Assembly (NCBI GenBank): GCA_964643995.1
Contig: CAZXUJ010000004.1
Span: 8,606-72,605, forward strand
Origin: an uncultured Candidatus Saccharibacteria bacterium
Lineage (GTDB): Bacteria > Patescibacteriota > WWE3 > UBA101185 > UBA10185
DNA: 64,000 bases
Direction: 5' to 3'
In this document: in pieces, positions 56,703-64,000 of the stretch
Position numbering within the stretch: position 1 is the stretch's first letter
Layout: the number at the start of each line of letters is the position of its first letter
Made by a program: the position numbers and the translations under genes
Notes under the pieces: model-generated
The model's database searches: none
Seen by the model: only the letters and a program-made list of their open reading frames with translations
What the model was told of the DNA's origin: nothing

Positions 56703-57251
56703 ATGCGCCCAAATGAGAATGGCTTCTCTGCCGTATTAACACTTTTAGTAATCTTTTCTGTTATTGCTGTACCGACCTATTTTATTTATTACACCAATAC
56801 CGTACAAAACCCTCGCAATCTTGAAACCAATGTCAGAGGTGTCTCTACTTCACGTCAGCTTTCTACAAAGCCGGGGTTTGGGGTTTCTGTTACCTCAGGG
56901 GCAGCAACCTGGAATTTGGTGGAATATTTGTGCAACGACTTGGATGAATGTCTTTCTTCGTTAAATTCCGGTCGTCGGTTAGGCACAGTTAGCGGTGGGG
57001 AAACTGATCTACATGAGGTTGTCGTTGAATACTCTGCCGACTGGGCTGAATATGACTACATTAAATATTTTGTTCGTTCCGGCTGGTATACATCGAGTGG
57101 TGCCTTTAAGGTTACCTCTCTTGGGGACGTCCCAGGTTCCGAAAAGCATATTATAGAAGATAATGGTGAGGTTTTCGAAGTAGTTGTTTCTCCAATCGTA
57201 AACGTAACTAATTCATTTTATTCTTCAGCTACATTTTCTGACGTAAACTGA
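56703..57251 (+). CDS. membrane-anchored/secreted protein (hypothetical)
   Basis: 182 aa, N-terminal TM helix, then a beta-rich domain. Confidence 0.4.
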   Translation: MRPNENGFSAVLTLLVIFSVIAVPTYFIYYTNTVQNPRNLETNVRGVSTSRQLSTKPGFGVSVTSGAATWNLVEYLCNDLDECLSSLNSGRRLGTVSGGETDLHEVVVEYSADWAEYDYIKYFVRSGWYTSSGAFKVTSLGDVPGSEKHIIEDNGEVFEVVVSPIVNVTNSFYSSATFSDVN

Positions 57252-59886
57252 TTTTATATAGTTCTATCCCAAATAGGGGTAGCAGTGCCATTGTGACCGA
57301 AAGCACTAAAAAGTCACCCGTTAATGGTTGTGTATTGAGTAATGTGTTTCCTGCCTTTGTAAACACTGCTAACAGTTGTAAGGCAATTGAGCCAATAATT
57401 ACCCAGTATAGAAAAAAGTTCGGTCGCAGTTCGTTTGAAAAGACCGAATGTCTCTCAGATCTATTGTTTAATGAACGAATCATTTCGGACAATGCAAGGG
57501 TAGTAAATGCAGCGGTTTGTGCAATTGCCACAGAGACTTGAAGTCCTAAAAGAAACATCGCAAGAGTGCCCGTGGTTATTAAAACAGACTGGATTATAAT
57601 CATTGTCCAACGGTCCTTCGTAAGAAGATGTCCTCGCGGACGAGGTTTTCTTTTCATGATATCCTTTTCGCCTGGTTCCATACTTAGTGCTAGGGCAGGA
57701 GCTCCATCGGTAACAAGATTAATCCATAAAATCTGAATGGGTAGTAATGGTGTTGCAGGTGTTAATACCATAGCTACAGCTACGATCATAATTTCGGCAA
57801 TGTTGCATGAAATCAGATAGGTTATGAATTTCACCAGATTATCGTAGATTATTCTTCCTTGTTCTACTGCTTTTACTATGGTTGCATAATTGTCGTCTTG
57901 TAATATCATATCTGAGACTGCTTTTGAAACATCTGTGCCTGTGATACCCATTGAAATGCCAATGTCCGCAGTTTTGATAGCTGGGGCGTCGTTAACACCG
58001 TCCCCTGTTACTGCTACTGTTAGCTTTTGTTTCTGTAATGCTCTTACTATGTTTAATTTTTGTTGTGGCGATACTCTCGCAAATACCGTTTTGTGCTTTA
58101 AAATCTGTACTAGTTTATCGCCGGTGGCATCACCAAGTTCCATACCATCCATAGCTTCATCATCAGATGTTATTAGGCCAAGTTCTCTTGCGATGCTTGT
58201 TGCGGTTAGTCTGTGGTCTCCTGTTAGCATAATAGTATCTATCCCTGCTCTTCTCGCCAGATTCATTGCATCTTTGACCTCTGGTCGTAAGGGGTCTTTC
58301 TGTGAGATCATTCCGAGATAAACATGTTCGGTCGTAAGGATTTCATCTAGTATGTTGGCGCTCTTAGCCTCGTCAAAGGTTTTCTTCGACATTTCGCGAT
58401 AACTAAATGCCAGATTGCGTAGTCCTTTTTTTGCATAAATCTCATTGATTTCTTCAATAGATTCACTAAAGTCAGTAACCATTGTGGATACCATTTCTGC
58501 GGCACCCTTAGCAAATACCATGACTCCATCTTCATTTTGAGGGTTCTTTGTCACTACTATCATTCTTTTCGTCTCAGAAGAAAAGGGTACTTCATAAAGT
58601 CTCTTATATTGTGTTGTAAGTTCAACGATGTTCATCTCAGCGAAATGCACAAGTTCAACAAGGGCTGTCTCTGTAGGATCACCTAATGTCTCGAGCTCTT
58701 TATTCTTGATACTAAACTCGGAATTATTGCACAGTAATGCGTTAAGCAACAATTTATGTAATCTTTCGTCCTCCCTTGGTGTTATGGCGCGCTGTTTCTG
58801 TGTTAAGAATGTTTTGGTATTACTTTTTGAAGTTATAACTTCGTATGCGTCTGACGGGGTTAAAACATTGGTTGCGGTCATTTTGTTTTGTGTTAATGTG
58901 CCAGTTTTATCTGTACATACAAAATTTGTTGAACCAAGTGTTTCAACTGCTTGTAACTTTCTTACAATTGCTTTATGTTTTGCCATTCGTGAAACACCTA
59001 TAGCTAAGGTTATAGTTACAACCGCAGGCAATCCTTCTGGAATGGCGGCTACAGCTAGACTTATAGTTGTTAAAATTGTTTCTTCGAGTGCTAGCCCTTT
59101 AACAAAGCGCCCAATTACAAAAATTGCAACTATTACAAGTATTGCTGCTCCGCTTAATCTTTTTCCAACTATGTTAAGCTCTTTTCCTAATGGGGTTTCT
59201 TCATTTGAATTATCCGACAGCATGGCGGATATCTTTCCGATTTCAGTGTTTTTTCCTGTAGCTACAACTAGTGCTTTGCCCCGACCGAAAACCACACTTG
59301 TGTCTTTGTAAACCATGTTGGTCTGATCACCAATGGCCAAGCCCTCTTGTGCCAGTCTCTCAACTTTCTTAACTATTGGACTAGATTCACCAGTAAGTAT
59401 GGCTTCTGATACTTGCATTGCTACAACCTCTATCAAACGTGCATCCGCAGGAATTTTATCGCCACTTTCCAGTGTGATAATATCCCCAGGCACGAGCTCA
59501 GTTACCTCGATTTGCCTTACTTCTCCGTCACGCAATACATGCGCATATTGTGTCGAAAGCCCCTTAAGTGCTTCAATAGCACGCTCAGCACGGACCTCCT
59601 GTATATAACCCAAAACACCATTGACTACTACAATACCTAAAATGACACTAGCATCTAGAACTTCCCCTAGAGCAAATGATACTGTGGCTGCAATTATTAG
59701 TATTAAAACTAAAATGTCAGTAAATTGTTTAAAAATTTTATGAAATGTAGATTCTCGCTTAGGTTCTGGAAGTTTGTTTTTACCGTATTTCTTGTATCTG
59801 TTTTGAACTTCCTCGGTTTTTAAACCACTATCTAAAGAGGTGGAAAACTCATCTGCTATCTCTTGTACATTTTTTAGATAATACAC
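57229..59886 (-). CDS. P-type ATPase, calcium-transporting (P2A/SERCA-PMCA-like)
   Basis: 885 aa. Phosphorylation motif CTDKTGTLTQN, a TGES-like actuator region, MLTGDH and GDGVNDAPA motifs, and 10 TM helices. Confidence 0.85.
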   Translation of the reverse strand: MYYLKNVQEIADEFSTSLDSGLKTEEVQNRYKKYGKNKLPEPKRESTFHKIFKQFTDILVLILIIAATVSFALGEVLDASVILGIVVVNGVLGYIQEVRAERAIEALKGLSTQYAHVLRDGEVRQIEVTELVPGDIITLESGDKIPADARLIEVVAMQVSEAILTGESSPIVKKVERLAQEGLAIGDQTNMVYKDTSVVFGRGKALVVATGKNTEIGKISAMLSDNSNEETPLGKELNIVGKRLSGAAILVIVAIFVIGRFVKGLALEETILTTISLAVAAIPEGLPAVVTITLAIGVSRMAKHKAIVRKLQAVETLGSTNFVCTDKTGTLTQNKMTATNVLTPSDAYEVITSKSNTKTFLTQKQRAITPREDERLHKLLLNALLCNNSEFSIKNKELETLGDPTETALVELVHFAEMNIVELTTQYKRLYEVPFSSETKRMIVVTKNPQNEDGVMVFAKGAAEMVSTMVTDFSESIEEINEIYAKKGLRNLAFSYREMSKKTFDEAKSANILDEILTTEHVYLGMISQKDPLRPEVKDAMNLARRAGIDTIMLTGDHRLTATSIARELGLITSDDEAMDGMELGDATGDKLVQILKHKTVFARVSPQQKLNIVRALQKQKLTVAVTGDGVNDAPAIKTADIGISMGITGTDVSKAVSDMILQDDNYATIVKAVEQGRIIYDNLVKFITYLISCNIAEIMIVAVAMVLTPATPLLPIQILWINLVTDGAPALALSMEPGEKDIMKRKPRPRGHLLTKDRWTMIIIQSVLITTGTLAMFLLGLQVSVAIAQTAAFTTLALSEMIRSLNNRSERHSVFSNELRPNFFLYWVIIGSIALQLLAVFTKAGNTLLNTQPLTGDFLVLSVTMALLPLFGIELYKISLRQKM

Positions 59887-59893
59887 GCTTGAA

Positions 59894-60385
59894 TTATACC
59901 AGTGCAGTCGTTGTTTGTTCTAATATGTTAGTGTTCCAAAACTCCAAAAGTTTTATGTTGAGATACTCGCACCTCTGTTTTCTTTGTAAATAAAACAAGT
60001 CAGCAATTGGATTTGTGATTACATGTGTAGGTTTCAGTTTCATTAGCAGTTTAGTTTGAAATTCTTCCAGTTCTACATCCGAAGCAAAGTTTCCAGGATG
60101 GTTTATTGGGAACAGTACGTCAATGGTGCTGATATTTTCTAGTACTTCCAGACGGTTTTTCAGAGGGTTAAACAACCATTCAGCATGTTTCCTATAAGCG
60201 CGGGACATTTCGTCACTATCTAAACCTACGGCTAAAAAATCTACATTAGCTTTTGCAAACTTGAAGAGACGGGTATGTCCAATGTGCAAGACATCAAAAT
60301 TACCTGTGATAAGTCCTACACTTCTGCCGTCTTTTCGATGTCTAGCAATTTTTCTAGACGCAAAGTTAATGGAACTAACTCTCAT
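59894..60385 (-). CDS. cytidylyl-/adenylyltransferase-like nucleotidyltransferase (HIGH-motif family)
   Basis: The ORF extends to 60421, but the probable start is MRVSSINF…. …GLITGNFDVLHIGHTRLF… is a HxGH class nucleotidyltransferase signature. Confidence 0.55.
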   Translation of the reverse strand: MRVSSINFASRKIARHRKDGRSVGLITGNFDVLHIGHTRLFKFAKANVDFLAVGLDSDEMSRAYRKHAEWLFNPLKNRLEVLENISTIDVLFPINHPGNFASDVELEEFQTKLLMKLKPTHVITNPIADLFYLQRKQRCEYLNIKLLEFWNTNILEQTTTALV

Positions 60386-60415
60386 AAGTGCATTGTATTT
60401 GATACAATCTAGAGC

Positions 60416-60901
60416 ATGCAAGTAATTGATCGAGATTCTAAACTTTGGACTTATTTATCTGAGGACATTCGTGGTCTGTTGATTGATGGTGAGGATCTTA
60501 TAGACCATGCTATGAAACACGGGGGCGAGGCAGCTTCTGATTTTTCTTATTTAGTGTTTCCTTTTGCCAAATCTTATGAGGGGTTTCTTAAGAAACTTTT
60601 TTTGGACCTAGATCTGATACAAGAGGACGAGTATTACGGTGACGACATAAGAATTGGCCGAATTCTAAACCCCCACTTTATGAAAGAGAACAAAAATATT
60701 TTTGGAAGACTTTCAGAATCCAAACATGCAGGACATGATACTGCGAATTTGATGTGGGACGTTTGGAAAAAAGGTCGTAATCAGGTTTTTCATTACTTCC
60801 CTCATAATTTTCGAAGACTATCCTATGGTGAGTCAATAGAGCTCATCCAGCAGTTTGTTCAGGCAATGCACGCAGCTGTAGCAAGTTGCCCCATTTGTTA
60901 A
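60416..60901 (+). CDS. hypothetical protein
   Basis: 161 aa, soluble, contains an Rx4H segment (GRNQVFH) that could be HEPN-like. No confident assignment. Confidence 0.35.
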   Translation: MQVIDRDSKLWTYLSEDIRGLLIDGEDLIDHAMKHGGEAASDFSYLVFPFAKSYEGFLKKLFLDLDLIQEDEYYGDDIRIGRILNPHFMKENKNIFGRLSESKHAGHDTANLMWDVWKKGRNQVFHYFPHNFRRLSYGESIELIQQFVQAMHAAVASCPIC

Positions 60902-61168
60902 CATTTCATTAATTTTGTTTTTTTTCAGCTAAAGTGCTAGATTATCTCTGCAACGAACGACAAGTATGCAGGTGATACACTAATACTTGTTGTAGCACCG
61001 TCAGGAATTTTTTCGGTGGCGTTGCCGTTTTGGAACCCATTGAACTTTCCAATGACAGGGGTGCCGGTATCACATATTTGTTTGCTTGTTTTCGCAGGGG
61101 TCATTTACCGTCGCTTCGCGGAATAAAAAATAAATTTAACCGAATCTCAGCACCTCACTTATAGCCTT

Positions 61169-62236
61169 ATGAACAAAACTAATTTTCAAAACAAAAAAAT
61201 AGCCTTGGGTATGAGTGGTGGTGTGGATTCCTCTGTTGCCGCATATTTGCTTAAGGAACAAGGTTATGAGGTCATGGGTGTTTTTATGCAATGTTGGGAT
61301 TTTAGGGCTGATGGTTGTCGTGCAGATGAAGATCGTGCGGATGCGGTCAAAATTGCCTCTCAGCTCGAAATACCATTTGTATCGCTAGATTTTGTTAAGG
61401 AGTACAAAAGCAAGGTTATTGAGCATTTCTATTCTGAGTATCGTCTGGGTAGGACTCCAAATCCAGATGTTTGGTGTAACAAAGAGATAAAATTCGGGAT
61501 GTTTCTTGAGTGGGCTTTAGTCAATAACTTTGATTATGTTGCTACCGGCCACTATGCACGGGTCGAAAAAATTGCTTACGAATTTAAATTGCTAAAGGGA
61601 TTAGATGAATCTAAGGACCAGTCATACTTTTTATACCTTTTGGACCAAGAAAAACTTTCACGTACACTCTTTCCTTTGGGAGGTTTGCGAAAGACTGAGA
61701 TTAGGAAAATCGCAAAAGAACAAAACTTCGACAACGCTTCAAAGCCTGATAGTGTAGGCATTTGTTTTATTGGTGAGGTCGACATTAAGGAATTCTTAAA
61801 AAAAGAAATTTCCCCGAAAATCGGTAATGTAGTTAATAGTTTGGGAGAAGTGCTGGGCGAGCATGATGGGGTTTGGTACTATACCGTTGGTCAAAGGCAT
61901 GGCTTTAGGGTTAAAAAGTATGTTGGGCTACCTTTATATGTTATTGGGAAAAATGTTGAGAAAAATGAGCTTATAGTCGGTTTTGTTGGTGAGGTCAATA
62001 AAAATGTGTTTGAGGTTGAAAATCCTCATTGGGTAGGTAGCATGCCGACGTTACCTCTAACGTGTGATGTTCGCATCAGACATTTAGGGGAGTTGTTTAG
62101 CTGTGTGGTCTCAAAAGTTGGTAAATCAGGGGATTTAGTCGTAACTATGGATGATGAGGTGTTTGGGGTAGCTCCTGGGCAAAGTGCGGTTTTCTATGTT
62201 GGAGATGTGCTTGTAGGCGGGGGAGTTATTAAATAG
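61169..62236 (+). CDS. mnmA: tRNA-specific 2-thiouridylase MnmA
   Basis: 355 aa. PP-loop IALGMSGGVDSSVAA. Catalytic Cys region …DSVGICFIGE…. Confidence 0.85.
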   Translation: MNKTNFQNKKIALGMSGGVDSSVAAYLLKEQGYEVMGVFMQCWDFRADGCRADEDRADAVKIASQLEIPFVSLDFVKEYKSKVIEHFYSEYRLGRTPNPDVWCNKEIKFGMFLEWALVNNFDYVATGHYARVEKIAYEFKLLKGLDESKDQSYFLYLLDQEKLSRTLFPLGGLRKTEIRKIAKEQNFDNASKPDSVGICFIGEVDIKEFLKKEISPKIGNVVNSLGEVLGEHDGVWYYTVGQRHGFRVKKYVGLPLYVIGKNVEKNELIVGFVGEVNKNVFEVENPHWVGSMPTLPLTCDVRIRHLGELFSCVVSKVGKSGDLVVTMDDEVFGVAPGQSAVFYVGDVLVGGGVIK

Positions 62237-62344
62237 GGTTTCATAAGGTTCAAGCTCCTATGGCTACAATATACGCCTAAACAGGCTTCATGTAAAACTG
62301 CCTGAATTAACCTGTAGGAGTATAGTAAGAGGCCTATTACTTCA

Positions 62345-62686
62345 TTGAGTTTGGTGTTTAAACGGAGGTTTCCCATGAAGTTTTGGACTACGAAGACGAA
62401 ACATTGGCAGACAACCCTTACGGTGGTTGAAGATCATGAAGCAGAGGTGATTGATTACCACGAGACCTTCCAGTATTGGTTGCCAAAGGTCATTGTGGTA
62501 GCAGTCTCCGGTTTGGGAATATATTTAACCCATTCCGTGTATTTTCTGCTAATTCCGTTGGGTGTTGGTTTGGCGATTGCTATAGATTGGGCGATTGGTC
62601 GTTGGGGCAAGTGGATTCGTATAGGAAAGTGGCTCCTTATACTTTTCTATACAATACCCCAATACCCCCGCAATAAGGGCATCTAA
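62345..62686 (+). CDS. small membrane protein (hypothetical)
   Basis: 113 aa, 2-3 TM helices. Confidence 0.3.
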   Translation: MSLVFKRRFPMKFWTTKTKHWQTTLTVVEDHEAEVIDYHETFQYWLPKVIVVAVSGLGIYLTHSVYFLLIPLGVGLAIAIDWAIGRWGKWIRIGKWLLILFYTIPQYPRNKGI

Positions 62687-62687
62687 C

Positions 62688-64000
62688 TTATAAATCCGAG
62701 ATTTGGAGCTCACTTTCTACCACCATTACTGTATCCACATATTTTCCATTACTAACCTTTAATAGTGCCGATTCCTTAGTTGTTTCCCACATCCCATTTT
62801 CGTTAACAGCCTTATAATCAATCCCAAAAACACCTTCTCGGGTTATCTCAATTGGCTCTTTGTATTCAATCCAGTCGATATCATTGCCAATTTTGTAGTA
62901 GATGGTTCCCGTGCCAGTAAAGCTTATTGTTGGAGCAGTGGTGTACCATCCCTGATTGTCTTTTTCTCCCTCAATAAGTATTGTTGTGGATGGGAGTACG
63001 CTATCTTCTATCTCTCCAAATAGTGCAAATCTTGAAAACATACTCGTTGCTGCTGTTATTTTTTTGTTTTCCAAATCTAGCAATAAAGTCTCCAGTGGTT
63101 CCCATTGCTGTGTTTCCTCGTTGAAGTGATAAATCTTTAAAGAAGGTAAGATTACTCCTTCCATCTCTATAGCGCTGAAATCTATGGAAAGTACAACAGG
63201 TTCATACGTTTGCTTAATTGGTTTGCCTAAGAAGTTTATCAGTTTGATAAGGAATGAACTATTTTCTATATATTTTAGTGCTGGTCCAGCTAAAAAAGTT
63301 TCATCGATTTTTGGTCTGGCATAATTATATATTTCTACCACTGCATCAACCACTAGAGCACCTTCTGGGAAAAAGAGACTTTTATTTTGATTTTCAACTG
63401 TGCCAGAGTTGCCAGATTTGATTACTTGTTGTGCTTTTGGGACTCCTACATCCCATAAATATTTGCTTGTAGTTCCGGTATGGGTACCCAACGTGTCCTG
63501 CCAATCATAATTTGTCCAAGGGTCTTCCAAGTTGCTGTTCTGCCATCCGAATGGATCTACTAGGCCGGATGGAAAACTGTTTATATGCCCATTATTGTTT
63601 AGATCTTTCGTAATGTTTATGTGCAGGTGAGGCCCGGTGGTATTTCCAGTCATCCCAACCTTGCCAATGACATCTCCTGTGCCTACCAGTACAGGCACTT
63701 GCTCTGTATTAACCAAACCCGCACCCTGCAAATGCATGAAAGTGGATTCATACCCGTTTAGATGGTCAATTTTTATTGAGTGTCCACATTTATCACAGTA
63801 GTGGTAGGTTGCGTACCCAGAAGCTGGCGCTATTACAGGTGTCCCATATTCTAGTTCAAAATCTATACCGTTGTGTGAGCTGTAATACTGGGTTGGTTCA
63901 CCAGATTCAATCCCCATAAAGTTCATGGTGGTCTTGCTAAATTCAGTAGGTTCAGAAAAATATCTATATCCAAGTAATGGATACCTGTGATCGAAGTAGG
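62688..64000 (-). CDS. M23/LytM-family peptidase with a C-terminal beta-rich domain. Partial: the N-terminus lies beyond the window end
   Basis: M23 motifs …HNGIDF…GTPVIAP… and …GMTGNTTGPHLHINI…. The reading frame stays open from 63926 to the window end (…YFDHRYPLLGYRYFSEPTEFSKTT-MNFMG…), so the listed Met is probably internal. Confidence 0.65.
   Translation of the reverse strand, partial: YFDHRYPLLGYRYFSEPTEFSKTTMNFMGIESGEPTQYYSSHNGIDFELEYGTPVIAPASGYATYHYCDKCGHSIKIDHLNGYESTFMHLQGAGLVNTEQVPVLVGTGDVIGKVGMTGNTTGPHLHINITKDLNNNGHINSFPSGLVDPFGWQNSNLEDPWTNYDWQDTLGTHTGTTSKYLWDVGVPKAQQVIKSGNSGTVENQNKSLFFPEGALVVDAVVEIYNYARPKIDETFLAGPALKYIENSSFLIKLINFLGKPIKQTYEPVVLSIDFSAIEMEGVILPSLKIYHFNEETQQWEPLETLLLDLENKKITAATSMFSRFALFGEIEDSVLPSTTILIEGEKDNQGWYTTAPTISFTGTGTIYYKIGNDIDWIEYKEPIEITREGVFGIDYKAVNENGMWETTKESALLKVSNGKYVDTVMVVESELQISDL

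Noticed and set aside
1-64000. Search for CRISPR arrays, rRNA genes, or long intergenic tandem repeats
   Set aside because: No regularly spaced direct repeats and no rRNA-like conserved segments were seen. The only tandem repeats are coding (the Cys-rich modules).

Overview
Low-GC bacterial chromosome segment, roughly 38-40% GC by eye, with standard genetic code and many 4-nt overlapping gene junctions. The gene content (murT-gatD, split transketolase, ATP-dependent DNA ligase, many polytopic membrane proteins) fits a small-genome Gram-positive-like or CPR/Patescibacteria-like organism; this is an inference only.

Replication origin neighbourhood (1-9 kb):
- dnaA is on the minus strand, divergent from an rpmH-rnpA-yidD-yidC-jag-dnaN operon on the plus strand.
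- The best oriC candidate is the 424-bp AT-rich DnaA-box cluster at 3965-4388, on the 3' side of dnaA between dnaA and murT-gatD.

Type IV secretion-like locus (8.9-28.4 kb), starting 8 nt after dnaN:
- VirB4-family ATPase, a VirB3-like TM-hairpin protein and a VirB6-like polytopic protein.
- A 1218-aa protein with a LytM/M23-like C-terminus, and a SpoIID-domain protein.
- Six paralogous VirB2/TrbC-like pilin domains. Three are small pilins; three are C-terminal anchors of signal-peptide-bearing, cysteine-rich modular repeat proteins.
- No VirD4-type coupling ATPase is visible in the window.
- This locus is my best candidate for the interesting, previously undescribed system.

Integrative element (28.4-32.7 kb), about 4.3 kb:
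- Encodes a pC194-like HUH rolling-circle Rep, a large serine recombinase and a winged-helix protein.
- It abuts, and its recombinase ORF reads into, the 3' end of a minus-strand type-II tRNA called Ser(CGA).

Rest of the window:
- CPA2 antiporter.
- A GC-rich islet with a tandem pair of tiny zinc-ribbon proteins.
- A pentose-phosphate/ribose-salvage cluster: PfkB kinase, split transketolase, an Rpe-LOG fusion and RpiB.
- lgt.
- A family of paralogous polytopic membrane proteins, including a frameshifted copy.
- ATP-dependent DNA ligase.
- A Fic-like gene next to an HTH-PRTase gene.
- fpg-recF (start/stop overlapping), a GT4 glycosyltransferase, a P-type Ca-ATPase, mnmA and a partial M23 peptidase.

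No CRISPR array or rRNA was seen.
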